Counted from the stretch's first letter, positions 36,835-47,916 are shown. The stretch is 64,000 nucleotides of DNA from Candidatus Cloacimonadales bacterium (GCA_041654875.1 JBAZCP010000004.1:23795-87794); one strand, 5' to 3'. A program made the numbers and translations. Notes: generated by a model not told the origin, from the sequence alone.

Positions 36835-38986
36835 TCGTTTAAATGTTTTAAAGACATGTATAATCGTATTAGCCTTAACTTGGGCTATATACTTATTTAT
36901 TGTGCAAATTATCGATGTATTCAATCTTTCTTATCGAAGGCAAATACGTTACAATCCATCAAAAGAAATTATCATACCTATGAGAGGCAATATTTATGAC
37001 CGCAATGGAGAAATGCTCGCCAGTACAATTAAATATTATCAAATAGATATTGATAAAAAAGCCGTTCATAACTATTGTCAAAAAAATAACAAAAGCCTCA
37101 ATGAAGTGTATGATTTCATCGCTACTACAATAAGTAATAACTCAAATCATAGCAAAAACTCAATCTTAAATAAGCTGAATAAAAAAGCAGATAATATTAT
37201 GTTGTCAAACTCAATTAAAGAGTCAGAACTGATGAATATATCAAAAGAATTTACTGCTGCAAATTTAAATGCAATTACTCCATCTTTCAACTCTATGAAA
37301 AGAGTATATGCAAAAGGTAATCTTGGTGCAAGGCTTCTCGGTATGGTAAAAGATATTAAAGATGATAGCAATGCAAAAAACAGATCTGTATATCGAATGG
37401 AAGGCTTTTGTGGGATAGAATCATCGTTTAATCAGTATCTAAACGGTGAATATGGCTGGAAAGAAACCCTATTAGATGCTAATAATTCCATAATTAGCTA
37501 TCCAAATTTGCAAGAGAAGCAGCCAAAAAATAGTAATTCTGTCTATCTGACTTTGGACTCAGAAATACAACAGATTGTTGAAGACAATTTATGGAGCGGA
37601 ATAAAAAAATATAAGGCTCAAAATGCTATGGCTGTGGTGATGAATCCTCAAACTGGTGAAATCTTGGCTATGGCAGGACTATCCAGAAAAGATGGCAGTA
37701 CAAATGAGTCTCTCATACGCTCGAGTTCAAACCTTGCTGTGAGCCATAGATTTGAGCCTGGTTCTACTATAAAGCCATTTGTGTCTTTGCTCGCATTAGA
37801 TAAAAAGCTTTTTAAAAGCAATGATTATATCGATTGCTCTATCTATAATTTGGGTAATAGAATTATTCGTGATAGTCATGAAATGAAAAGACTTACATTT
37901 GAAGATGTAATTGTCAAATCAAGTAATGTGGGTATTGCAAAAGTTGCTGAAAAAATTGGACCTGTTGACTTGTATAACCACTATATAACGCTCGGCTTTG
38001 GCAATAAAACTGGTGCTAATATATATGGTGAAACTGCAGGCAACCTGAAAAAATATACCTCATGGAGCGGATTTACTCTTCACTCACTATCCTTTGGTCA
38101 AGAAATAACTGTTAATACTCTGCAATTAACCAATGCATTTTGTACATTAGCAAATGGCGGAAGAGTGTTGAGACCATATATTTTAAAAGAAGTTCGTGAT
38201 TCAAACAATAAAATAGTTACGAAAACTGATGTCAAAACCATAAGAACTATTTCTAAACCTGAAAACATTAAAACAGTTCAAGGCTACCTAAAAAATGTGG
38301 TTCAACGCGGTACAGGAACACCCACACATTTGGATTATATTACAATTGCTGGGAAAACAGGTACTGCCGAAAAAATTGAAGCAGGAAGCACATCTTATGG
38401 AAAATATACTTACACTTCTGTATTTACAGGCTATTTCCCAACAGAAGACCCACAATATGTTTTAACTGTGGTATTTGACGAGCCAGACTATGCTTATCAT
38501 TATGCAACAATGTCTGCTGTTCCTACTTTCAAAAATATAACTGAACAAATAATCGCTTTACCGACCTGCAAAGTCATACCTAATCTAAAAAAAGAACAAC
38601 AAATAATGGTTAAAATGCCTGATATAATGGGTTTAAATAAGAAAGAAGCTCAAAAAACTCTTACAAAAAATAATATCAAATTCCAATGTATTGATGATAA
38701 ATCTAACGACATAGTGATAAATCAATTTCCTAAGCCAGGAGTAGCTTTCAACCCTGTCAATGAGTGCATAGTCGTTTTTGGCAATAATGAAGATATCAAT
38801 AACACAATTCATGATAATAGTAGAATGCCAAATCTTGTTGGAATGTCCATTAGAAAAGCTATTTCTATCGCAAAGAATCTAAAAATAGAACTGGAAATAA
38901 CAGGCAGTGGCGTAATTGTTGCACAATCAATTCAAACTGGAGAGAAATTAAGCTATTTACAAAAATGCAGAGTGAGAGCTGAATGA
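36827..38986 (+). CDS. ftsI: Class B penicillin-binding protein (FtsI/PBP3-like) with two C-terminal PASTA domains
   Basis: GTG start. Transpeptidase motifs GSTIKPF (SxxK), SSN and KTGTA. PASTA-like repeats lie from about 38609 to the end. Confidence 0.9.
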   Translation: MNSRLNVLKTCIIVLALTWAIYLFIVQIIDVFNLSYRRQIRYNPSKEIIIPMRGNIYDRNGEMLASTIKYYQIDIDKKAVHNYCQKNNKSLNEVYDFIATTISNNSNHSKNSILNKLNKKADNIMLSNSIKESELMNISKEFTAANLNAITPSFNSMKRVYAKGNLGARLLGMVKDIKDDSNAKNRSVYRMEGFCGIESSFNQYLNGEYGWKETLLDANNSIISYPNLQEKQPKNSNSVYLTLDSEIQQIVEDNLWSGIKKYKAQNAMAVVMNPQTGEILAMAGLSRKDGSTNESLIRSSSNLAVSHRFEPGSTIKPFVSLLALDKKLFKSNDYIDCSIYNLGNRIIRDSHEMKRLTFEDVIVKSSNVGIAKVAEKIGPVDLYNHYITLGFGNKTGANIYGETAGNLKKYTSWSGFTLHSLSFGQEITVNTLQLTNAFCTLANGGRVLRPYILKEVRDSNNKIVTKTDVKTIRTISKPENIKTVQGYLKNVVQRGTGTPTHLDYITIAGKTGTAEKIEAGSTSYGKYTYTSVFTGYFPTEDPQYVLTVVFDEPDYAYHYATMSAVPTFKNITEQIIALPTCKVIPNLKKEQQIMVKMPDIMGLNKKEAQKTLTKNNIKFQCIDDKSNDIVINQFPKPGVAFNPVNECIVVFGNNEDINNTIHDNSRMPNLVGMSIRKAISIAKNLKIELEITGSGVIVAQSIQTGEKLSYLQKCRVRAE

Positions 38987-41868
38987 AATCATTAATTGAA
39001 TATATAAATCAACTAAAAGAATATGAGCTATTTTGCGATTTGACAAACAATTGCAAACAAACCCTTGATTATAATCAACTGAGCCAAACGGAGATTACAG
39101 GCATTACAGCAAATACAAAATCAATATTTGCTGACAATATTTTCGTATGTATCAAAGGCTTTACTGTCGATGGTCATGATTTGGCTAATGAGGCAATACA
39201 CAAAGGGGCTATTGCAATAGTTGTGGAGCATGAATTAGACTTGGATAATGTGTATCAAATCATTGTAAAAAACTCTCGCAAAGCTCTATCAATCTTAACT
39301 AAATATTATTACGACAATCCAGCTGACTCTTTTAAACTGATTGGCATCACTGGCACTAATGGAAAAACAACAAGTGCATGGTTAGTTATGCAAATATTAA
39401 TTGGCAAAGGCTTTAAAGTTGGAATGATAGGCACATTAGGGTATTATATAAATGGCAAAAAATATGAGTCAGAAAGAACAACACCTGATATTATTGAGCT
39501 AAATCAAATCTTCGTGCAAATGCGTGAAGAAAAAGTCGATTATGTAGTGATGGAAGTATCATCACATGCAATAACATTAAATCGAGTATATGGCTTAAAA
39601 TTCCATATAACTGCGTTCACTAATTTAACTCAAGACCATTTAGACTTCCATAAAGATATGGATGATTATGCCACAACAAAATTAAAGCTTTTTACCGAAA
39701 TGCAGGATAATCAAGGCTTTAGTGTTATTAATATTGACGATGAATTTGGACAAATCATCGCTGAACAATGCCCTGTTACAAAGAAATTAATAAGTTTGGA
39801 TAGCTCTAAGCTTAAAAAGTTTGACCAGCTTTATTTTGCAGATGATATAAATTTTAATATACAAAAAACAAGTTTTAATCTATATAACTCAAAATCGGCT
39901 AAGACACGATTTGAAACAAGTTTAGTCGGTGAATTTAATGTTTTAAACTGCATTACTGCTATTGCAATAACTGATGAAATTCCTGATAATAACAATAAAT
40001 CTATGAAAGAAATAGTAGCTCAATTGACATCTGCTAAAGGAAGGCTTGAACAAGTTCCAAACGACCTTTCTATCGGTATTTTCATTGATTATGCACATAC
40101 CCCCGATGCAGTTAAGAACGTGCTTAAAACCCTATCATTTGGTGCTCACAACAGGATAATTACACTCATTGGAGCAGGCGGCAATAGAGATAAATCAAAA
40201 CGCCCTCTTATGAGTAAAACGGCTCTGCAATATTCTGATTTGGTGATACTTTGTGACGATAATCCAAGAGATGAAATTCCTGCTAATATAATAAACGATA
40301 TGCTGACTGGTATTGAAAAAGATACTAAGTTACTGATTATCAGAGACAGAAAAGTGGCTATCACGGCTGCATTATTGTTGGCAAAGGAAAATGATATTAT
40401 TCTAATTGCTGGTAAAGGGCATGAAACATATCAAGAAATCAATGGACATAAGCATCCATTTAATGAATACAGTATTGTTAATACTGCTTTGTCTACTATT
40501 GTTCAGGAAAAAGCAAAGAACGACAAACTGGTTACAAACCTTGACATTATGAACCTATCCCTATGCTTTAATCATAGATTCAACAAAGATAGTCTTGTTA
40601 AATTTAATTATTTCAATCAAGTAATTACCGATTCAAGGCAGGCTCAAGAGCATTCTCTGTTTATCGCTATCAAAGGTGATAACTTTGATGGTGGAGATTA
40701 TTGCGAGCAAGTCTTACAAAAAGAGAATACATTTTGTATTGTTAATAATGATTATCACGATTTAAACCATTTGCTTAATAAGTATGACGATCGCATCATT
40801 GTCGTTGATGATACAATCAAAGCTTATGGCTTTTTGGCAAAGAAATATCTCGCACTATTTGCTGTTAAGAAAATTGCATTGACAGGCAGCACAGGAAAAA
40901 CAACCACTAAAGCATATCTATCCAATATTTTGTCTCAAAAATACCATATATTAACGAACTTTGCCAATGAAAACAACTTAATAGGAGTACCCAAAACAAT
41001 CTTCAATCTCAGAGCATATCATGATATTGCACTTTTAGAATTAGGTACTAATCAGTTTGGAGAAATAAAACAACTCGCAGAAATAATAGAACCTGACATA
41101 GGCTTAATCATAAATATCGGACCTGCACATCTGGAAAAGTTAAAAAATGAAGATGGAGTATTTCAAGAGAAATCTGAACTGTTTAACTATACAAAAGACA
41201 CAATCATTTACCCCTGTAATGACAAGAAATTTGACATTTTCAAAAGCTTTGGCATAAAATCATTCTGTGTAGGAATGGAAGACAATGCACATTATAAGCT
41301 TGAAATCCAAAATATATCCAATAATAAAATCAGTTTTTCTGTCAATAATGAACCATACCTTTTAAATGAAAACATTCTCTTTAAAGTTCAAAACGCCACA
41401 TTTGCTATTGCTGTAGCAAAAGAATTATCGATGAAGCAAAATGAAATCCAAAGAGGGTTAATAAAGCCTCTAAACATTAATCATCGCATGGAGATAATGG
41501 AAATAAACGGCAGCACATGGCTTGTGGACTGCTATAATGCAAACCCTGTTTCAATGCAATCTGCTATTGAATATTGGATTAGCTATCAAAATGATAAAGA
41601 GCATTTTGCAATACTGGGTGATATGTTAGAGCTTGGTGAAAATAAACAAAAATACCATCAAGACATTCAGAAAACCATAAACAAATATAGTATCAACAAG
41701 AACATATTTAGCGTCGGAAAAATCAGCAAAGATTATAATGCAAATCGTCATTTTGAAACAGTTGAAGACTTGATAAACAGTAAAGTTATCGAAAAAATAC
41801 CCACAGGCAGTATTGTCTTAGTGAAAGCATCAAATGGCATAAAACTAAAAAAGCTTATAGAAAGGTAG
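38983..41868 (+). CDS. murE/murF: Fused MurE (UDP-MurNAc-tripeptide synthetase, DNPR-type) and MurF (UDP-MurNAc-pentapeptide synthetase)
   Basis: A single 961-aa ORF. The first half has GITGTNGKTT ... DDNPRDE ... GKGHE. The second half has ITDSRQAQEHSLFIAIKGDNFDGGDY ... LTGSTGKTTTK ... DCYNANP. Confidence 0.9.
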   Translation: MKSLIEYINQLKEYELFCDLTNNCKQTLDYNQLSQTEITGITANTKSIFADNIFVCIKGFTVDGHDLANEAIHKGAIAIVVEHELDLDNVYQIIVKNSRKALSILTKYYYDNPADSFKLIGITGTNGKTTSAWLVMQILIGKGFKVGMIGTLGYYINGKKYESERTTPDIIELNQIFVQMREEKVDYVVMEVSSHAITLNRVYGLKFHITAFTNLTQDHLDFHKDMDDYATTKLKLFTEMQDNQGFSVINIDDEFGQIIAEQCPVTKKLISLDSSKLKKFDQLYFADDINFNIQKTSFNLYNSKSAKTRFETSLVGEFNVLNCITAIAITDEIPDNNNKSMKEIVAQLTSAKGRLEQVPNDLSIGIFIDYAHTPDAVKNVLKTLSFGAHNRIITLIGAGGNRDKSKRPLMSKTALQYSDLVILCDDNPRDEIPANIINDMLTGIEKDTKLLIIRDRKVAITAALLLAKENDIILIAGKGHETYQEINGHKHPFNEYSIVNTALSTIVQEKAKNDKLVTNLDIMNLSLCFNHRFNKDSLVKFNYFNQVITDSRQAQEHSLFIAIKGDNFDGGDYCEQVLQKENTFCIVNNDYHDLNHLLNKYDDRIIVVDDTIKAYGFLAKKYLALFAVKKIALTGSTGKTTTKAYLSNILSQKYHILTNFANENNLIGVPKTIFNLRAYHDIALLELGTNQFGEIKQLAEIIEPDIGLIINIGPAHLEKLKNEDGVFQEKSELFNYTKDTIIYPCNDKKFDIFKSFGIKSFCVGMEDNAHYKLEIQNISNNKISFSVNNEPYLLNENILFKVQNATFAIAVAKELSMKQNEIQRGLIKPLNINHRMEIMEINGSTWLVDCYNANPVSMQSAIEYWISYQNDKEHFAILGDMLELGENKQKYHQDIQKTINKYSINKNIFSVGKISKDYNANRHFETVEDLINSKVIEKIPTGSIVLVKASNGIKLKKLIER

Positions 41869-41871
41869 TAT

Positions 41872-42972
41872 ATGTTTTATCATTTATTTTACCCATTAGC
41901 CCAACAACACATTTTCTTTAATGTATTCAGATACATTACATTTAGGGCAGTAGCAGCTTTTATAACAGCATTGCTTTTTACATTTTTTATTGGACCAAAG
42001 CTGATTAATGTTCTCAAGCAAAACAAGGCTGTTGAAACTATCAACGATGAAGTCCCTGATACACACAAGTTAAAACAAGGCACACCAACAATGGGAGGTT
42101 TAATCATACTTACCGGTATTTTGCTCTCTACCCTATTGTGGAACAACCTTTTAAACGCAAATATATTACTATTACTTTTAACTGTGCTCTGGTTAGGCGG
42201 TATCGGTTTTCTTGATGATTATCTCAAAAACTTCCTGAGTGAAAAATGTGGTTTAGTGCCCCAGTACAAGCTCTTAGGTCAAATTGCATTAGGTCTTATA
42301 ATTGGAACTGCTCTTTATTTTATGCCAAATAATGGTGATATTAGTGCTATTAGCATGCCATTTTTTAAAAATACTTTTATACATTTATCATGGTTTTTTA
42401 TACCTTTTGTAATTTTTATGATTACAGGTACCTCAAATGCTGTAAATCTTACTGATGGACTGGATGGATTGGCTGCTGGTACTGTCTCAATCGCTTGTTT
42501 TGGCTTGGGTATTATGGCTTATATCAAGGGGCATTATGTCATAGCTGATTATTTGAACATGGAGTTCTTACCTGAGTCTGGCGAAGTTGCTATCTTTGCT
42601 GCATCAATGATAGGAACAACTTTAGGATTCTTGTGGTACAATACACGACCGGCTCAGATATTTATGGGAGATACAGGGTCTTTACCGCTCGGTGGCTTAT
42701 TAGCCCTGATTTCAATTATTCTAAAAGAAGAAATATTCTTTGCTATCATCGGTCTTATTTTCATTACAGAAGCATGCTCATCATTAATGCAAAGATATTA
42801 CTTTAAATATTCAAGAAGAAAAACAGGAGAGGGTCAAAGATTATTCAAAAAAGCACCTCTTCATCATCACTATGAAATGTTGGGTATTTCGGAAGAGAAA
42901 ATTGTTGTTAGGTTTTGGATTATTGCTGTATTACTCGTTGCAATTGGCTTGGGAACTTTAAAGTTGAGATAA
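41872..42972 (+). CDS. mraY: Phospho-N-acetylmuramoyl-pentapeptide transferase
   Basis: TPTMGG, NAVNLTDGLDGLA, MGDTGSL and APLHHH motifs. Confidence 0.95.
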   Translation: MFYHLFYPLAQQHIFFNVFRYITFRAVAAFITALLFTFFIGPKLINVLKQNKAVETINDEVPDTHKLKQGTPTMGGLIILTGILLSTLLWNNLLNANILLLLLTVLWLGGIGFLDDYLKNFLSEKCGLVPQYKLLGQIALGLIIGTALYFMPNNGDISAISMPFFKNTFIHLSWFFIPFVIFMITGTSNAVNLTDGLDGLAAGTVSIACFGLGIMAYIKGHYVIADYLNMEFLPESGEVAIFAASMIGTTLGFLWYNTRPAQIFMGDTGSLPLGGLLALISIILKEEIFFAIIGLIFITEACSSLMQRYYFKYSRRKTGEGQRLFKKAPLHHHYEMLGISEEKIVVRFWIIAVLLVAIGLGTLKLR

Positions 42973-42976
42973 TATT

Positions 42977-44320
42977 ATGAACTTTTTAAAGCAAAGATTC
43001 TCTATTATTGGAATAGCCAGAAGTGGCATAGCGGCAGCTGAAAAAATTAAAAAGGCTGGAGGAAAGGTATTCTTGTCTGACAGTAAACAAGAGCATGAAT
43101 TTTTAAACTTGCAATACCTGAAAGAATCATTTATCTGTGAATTTGGAATTAACACTGACAAAGCTTTAGAGGCAGACATCATGATTCTTAGTCCTGGTGT
43201 GCCGCAGAGCATTCCGATTGTGCAAAAGGCTATTGCCAACGGGCTTACAGTAATTAGTGAAATAGAATTTGCTTATAGAATTATGAACAAGAACAACAAA
43301 ATTATAGCTGTAACTGGTTCAAATGGCAAGAGTACAACTGTATCTCTAATATACCATCTATTAAAGACAGCAGGCTATAAAACAATACTTGCAGGCAATA
43401 TTGGCGATGCTTTCAGCAGTTTTGATATAGAAAATGAATACGATTGGATTGTACTCGAATTGAGCAGCTTTCAGCTCGAATTAATTGACAAATTCACACC
43501 AAACATAGCTGTTTTGACAAATATAAGCCCAGACCATTTAAACCGTTATAAGAGCTATGATGATTATGTTTTAGCAAAATTCAACCTATTTAAAAACCAA
43601 AAGTCAACACAAAGTGCAATAATCTTTGCAGATGATGAAATGACAAACAAATATATAAATCTGATTAACTCACAAATAAAAAGATTCTCTCTAAAACAAA
43701 AAACTGATGCATACTTACATGATGATGAGATTATTATCAATCACAAAAAAAGATTTTCAACTAAAGACAGCCTCCTACGCGGTCCACACAACTATTGTAA
43801 CATTATGGCAGCTCTCTTGGCAGTTGAAGATGCAAATATTAATGATGACCTACTAAAAAAGGGATTGAGTTCTTTTAATTCTTTAGAACATAGATTGGAA
43901 GAGGTCGGTACCGTAAATAGTATAAGCTTTATAAATGACTCAAAAGCAACAAATACCGACTCAGTCAAAAATGCTTTATTATCTTTCAAAAAGCCCATTC
44001 GCATCATACTCGGTGGCTCAGACAAAGGAGAGGACTTTTCTATATTAACTGACTTATTAAAAAAACATGCTAAAAAAGTATATCTTATAGGGGAAACAAA
44101 AGAGAAAATGATTAATTGCTTTAAAGGACAAATAGAGTTTGAAACATTTAACCTTTTGGAAACAGCAGTAAGACAAGCATTTAAGGAATCTGAACCGAAT
44201 GACTTCATAGTCTTATCGCCTGCTTGTGCAAGCTTTGATATGTTCAAAAACTTTGAAGATAGAGGTATGGCATTCAAAAGCATTTTTGCAAAGCTGAGGA
44301 ATGAGAATGAGAAATATTAA
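42977..44320 (+). CDS. murD: UDP-N-acetylmuramoylalanine--D-glutamate ligase
   Basis: GIARSG, VTGSNGKSTT, NISPDHLNRY and DSKATN motifs, in the expected dcw position. Confidence 0.93.
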   Translation: MNFLKQRFSIIGIARSGIAAAEKIKKAGGKVFLSDSKQEHEFLNLQYLKESFICEFGINTDKALEADIMILSPGVPQSIPIVQKAIANGLTVISEIEFAYRIMNKNNKIIAVTGSNGKSTTVSLIYHLLKTAGYKTILAGNIGDAFSSFDIENEYDWIVLELSSFQLELIDKFTPNIAVLTNISPDHLNRYKSYDDYVLAKFNLFKNQKSTQSAIIFADDEMTNKYINLINSQIKRFSLKQKTDAYLHDDEIIINHKKRFSTKDSLLRGPHNYCNIMAALLAVEDANINDDLLKKGLSSFNSLEHRLEEVGTVNSISFINDSKATNTDSVKNALLSFKKPIRIILGGSDKGEDFSILTDLLKKHAKKVYLIGETKEKMINCFKGQIEFETFNLLETAVRQAFKESEPNDFIVLSPACASFDMFKNFEDRGMAFKSIFAKLRNENEKY

Positions 44321-45455
44321 TATTAAAAGCTGTGATAAAACATTATTATTAATATGTATTATCTTGATGATATTTGGCTTGGCTTTACAGCTTGATATTG
44401 GTTCATCTCGAGGTGGCGAATATTCTTTGGTGAATTTCAAAAAGCAGGTAGTTTGGTTTTTAGTATCTTTACCAGCTATGATTATTATTGCTCATTTTAA
44501 AAAGCTTTTCGAGCTATTAAACAAATATTCTTTTTTCTTATTGCTCTTAACTATTATACTTTTAGTATTGGTTTTGATGATTGGAAGCACCCAAAAAGGA
44601 GGCACCAGATGGCTGCGCTTTGGAGGTATAGGCATACAACCAAGCATGGTAGCATCAATAACGTTGATACTATATACAGCAAAAATTCTCGACAAAAAAA
44701 AACTATACCTCGAACGCTCTACTTTCATAAACTTTATAAAAGATTTTCTGCCTCTTTTAATAATCATTGGGATAGTATTTGGGCTAATATACGCTGAGAA
44801 GCACTTAAGCACCCTTATAGTCATAAGCATAGCTATTCTCAGCATGTTATTTATGGCACAAGTTAGAATATCTACGCTTATTTTAGCTGTACTACTTATT
44901 GGCTCTCTATCTTTATTTTTAATCAAATATGGCAAAGAAGACTATCGTTCATCGCGTATGGATATGTTTTCTCACTATTCTCTTTATCACAAATTTCTTG
45001 GTATTAAAGCAAGCGAAACACAAGCTGATGACTACCAAATCAAAGAAAGTCTCACTGCTATAACTCATGGTAATATATTCGGCACAGGCAATGCAAAAGG
45101 ACGGGCAAAACACTATTTTCTTCCTGATGCAAAGTCTGACTATATCTTTGCTATAATAGCCGAGCAATATGGCTTTTTAGGTGCTTTATTAATCATCTTC
45201 CTCTATACTTTCATCGTGATAAAATCTCTTAATCATAGTATAAAAACTGATAACTTATTTTTACAATTAGTCGGTGTTGGACTGTCATTAAACTTCTTCT
45301 TACCTGCAATGGTAAATATCGGTGTATCAATCTCTGCACTACCTCCAACTGGCTTAAATCTCCCCTTTCTTAGCTATGGTGGTACCTCATTTTTAATGAA
45401 TGCTATCAATATGGGCTTAATCCTTAATTTAAGTGTAATTGCAAAAGGAGTATGA
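44301..45455 (+). CDS. ftsW: SEDS-family peptidoglycan polymerase FtsW
   Basis: 10-TM SEDS pattern, SDYIFAIIAEQYGFLG, PPTGLNLPFLSYGGTS. Confidence 0.9.
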   Translation: MRMRNINIKSCDKTLLLICIILMIFGLALQLDIGSSRGGEYSLVNFKKQVVWFLVSLPAMIIIAHFKKLFELLNKYSFFLLLLTIILLVLVLMIGSTQKGGTRWLRFGGIGIQPSMVASITLILYTAKILDKKKLYLERSTFINFIKDFLPLLIIIGIVFGLIYAEKHLSTLIVISIAILSMLFMAQVRISTLILAVLLIGSLSLFLIKYGKEDYRSSRMDMFSHYSLYHKFLGIKASETQADDYQIKESLTAITHGNIFGTGNAKGRAKHYFLPDAKSDYIFAIIAEQYGFLGALLIIFLYTFIVIKSLNHSIKTDNLFLQLVGVGLSLNFFLPAMVNIGVSISALPPTGLNLPFLSYGGTSFLMNAINMGLILNLSVIAKGV

Positions 45456-46534
45456 TGAATAATAAAAGAATAATTGTATCTGCAGGTGGCACTGGAGGAC
45501 ATATCATACCAGCTTTGGTAATTTGTGAAGAATTTATCAAAAATGGGTGGCAAATCAGCTATATAGGAAATAAAGGCAGTTTAGAAGAAAAGATAGTTAA
45601 AAACAAAGGTATCAGCTTCTTCCCTATCGACGTGCAAAAACTATACAGAAACTTTACTTTTCAACATATTAAATTCCCTTTCAAACTAATAAAAAGTATC
45701 GTTAGCTCTTATCGTATCATCAAAGAACAAAAACCACAGCTTATTATTGGCACAGGAGGCTTTGTATCTGGTCCTGTTGGCTTAGCAGCAATACTTTCCA
45801 AAACACCTTTATATATACATGAACAAAACTGCTTTCCAGGCTTGACAACGAGATTTCTTGGTCGTTATGCAAAAAAAGTATTTATCGCTTATGAAGACAC
45901 AAAGTCTTACTTCCCAAAAAACAATTCAGTTTATGTGGGTAACCCAATATTTAAAGACAATTTATCATCAAGTGAGCAAATTAATTTTGATAAATACCAT
46001 TTAAAACAAGACAGCCAAAAAGTATTAATCTTAGGCGGAAGTCAAGGCTCTCTTTTCATTAATCAACTTATATTAAATAATTTAGATTTCATCATCAATC
46101 AAGGTTTTGAAATACTTTGGCAGTCAGGTAAGAACCACTTATCTTATATCCAGAACCAAATTAAAGAAAAACGAGGCATTTATGTTTTTGATTTTTCTAA
46201 TGAGCTACATAAGATATATAATTCTGCAGATATGGTTATATGTCGTGCTGGTGCATTAACTTTAGCCGAGATTGAGTATAAAAAGCTGCCCTCATTAATC
46301 ATACCACTACCAAATTCAGCAGGTAATCATCAACTTAGCAATGCAATGGACTTTCAAAAAAAGGGTTATGCAGAGCTATTAGAGCAAAAAGATATTACCT
46401 TATTCAGCACACGTTTTCAATCTGTAAGCAGTAAACTTGACAAGATTAAAAATAGTTTCAAAGACTCAATACATCAAGATGCTGGACAAAACATCTATGC
46501 ATCGATTATCAATAGTAACAATGAAAAATTGTAA
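45452..46534 (+). CDS. murG: UDP-GlcNAc--MurNAc-pentapeptide GlcNAc transferase
   Basis: SAGGTGGHIIPAL, GGFVSGP, GGSQGS and RAGALTLAE motifs. Confidence 0.93.
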   Translation: MMNNKRIIVSAGGTGGHIIPALVICEEFIKNGWQISYIGNKGSLEEKIVKNKGISFFPIDVQKLYRNFTFQHIKFPFKLIKSIVSSYRIIKEQKPQLIIGTGGFVSGPVGLAAILSKTPLYIHEQNCFPGLTTRFLGRYAKKVFIAYEDTKSYFPKNNSVYVGNPIFKDNLSSSEQINFDKYHLKQDSQKVLILGGSQGSLFINQLILNNLDFIINQGFEILWQSGKNHLSYIQNQIKEKRGIYVFDFSNELHKIYNSADMVICRAGALTLAEIEYKKLPSLIIPLPNSAGNHQLSNAMDFQKKGYAELLEQKDITLFSTRFQSVSSKLDKIKNSFKDSIHQDAGQNIYASIINSNNEKL

Positions 46535-46548
46535 ATTCAGGAGGCGAT

Positions 46549-47916
46549 ATGTTAGGTAAAACAAAAAAGGTACATTTTATAGGGATTGGTGGCATAGGTA
46601 TGAGTGGTATAGCTGAATTTCTATTTAATCATGGTTATGAAATAACAGGTTCAGACATGCAAGCATCCGAAATTACAAAATATTTAGAAAATAAAGGCAT
46701 TGTAATATATGAAAATCATCAAGCAGAAAACATTAAAGACGTCGATGTTGTCGTAAAATCTTCTGCAATAAAAAATGATAATCCCGAAGTAATATATGCA
46801 AAAAGTCAAAAAGTACCTGTAATTAGAAGAGCAGAAATGCTTGCTGAGCTGATGAGAATGTCGTTCGGCATTGGAATCGCAGGCACGCATGGCAAGACCA
46901 CATGCACTTCTTTGGTTGGCATGGTTCTGAGCAATGCACTTCTTGACCCAACAGTAATAGTCGGAGGAAAGGTTCAAAACTTTGGAACAAATAATAGATT
47001 AGGCTCAGGAAAATATATTGTTGTTGAAGCAGATGAATACGATAGGTCATTTCTGACTCTTACACCAATTATAGCTGCAATTACAAATATTGAAGCAGAC
47101 CATTTGGATTGTTATTCTGATCTTGAAGAAATAAAGTCTGCCTTTATTCAGTTTGCAAATAAGGTTCCTTTTTTTGGCTGTCTTATTGCATGCTTAGACG
47201 ATAATGGGGTGCAATCAATATTACCTGAAATAAACAAAAGAGTACTCACATACGGCTTGTCACGACAAGCTGAAGTCAGAGCTATAAACATTATCCAAGA
47301 TAACTTCTCAACCTCTTTTGACATATTATACAAAGATTATGTGCTGGGGAATATCAATACAATATTGATAGGCAACCACAATATTCAAAACATCCTTTTA
47401 GCTGTTGCAGTTGGCATAGAAATGGACATATCTTTTGAAATGATAAAAAAAGGGATAGAAGAGTTCAAAGGGGTTTATAGAAGATTTGAATTTATTGGAG
47501 AAGTGCAAAACATAAGAGTATACGATGACTATGCACATCACCCAACAGAAATAAAGGCAACTTTATCAGGTATAAGAGAAAACACTCAAAAACGCATAAT
47601 AGTGCTATTCCAACCACATTTATATTCACGCACAAAAGATTTTGCATTAGACTTTGGTCGCTCATTCTATCAATCTGATTTACTCTTTGTAGCTCCAATC
47701 TATCCTGCCCGAGAGCAACCTATTGAAGGCGTAAGTGGCTTAATGATTGCTGATGCTGCCATACAATCAGGCCATCATCATGTACATTATATAGATAAAC
47801 AAGAAGATATTGTAAAAACAGTTTTAGACCACCTCGAAGACGATGATGTTTTGATAACTATGGGTGCAGGTGATATCCATAAATATGGAAAAGAAATATT
47901 GAGGAAATTAAGTTGA
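46549..47916 (+). CDS. murC: UDP-N-acetylmuramate--L-alanine ligase
   Basis: HFIGIGGIGMSGIAE, GIAGTHGKTTCTS, DDYAHHPTE. Confidence 0.95.
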   Translation: MLGKTKKVHFIGIGGIGMSGIAEFLFNHGYEITGSDMQASEITKYLENKGIVIYENHQAENIKDVDVVVKSSAIKNDNPEVIYAKSQKVPVIRRAEMLAELMRMSFGIGIAGTHGKTTCTSLVGMVLSNALLDPTVIVGGKVQNFGTNNRLGSGKYIVVEADEYDRSFLTLTPIIAAITNIEADHLDCYSDLEEIKSAFIQFANKVPFFGCLIACLDDNGVQSILPEINKRVLTYGLSRQAEVRAINIIQDNFSTSFDILYKDYVLGNINTILIGNHNIQNILLAVAVGIEMDISFEMIKKGIEEFKGVYRRFEFIGEVQNIRVYDDYAHHPTEIKATLSGIRENTQKRIIVLFQPHLYSRTKDFALDFGRSFYQSDLLFVAPIYPAREQPIEGVSGLMIADAAIQSGHHHVHYIDKQEDIVKTVLDHLEDDDVLITMGAGDIHKYGKEILRKLS

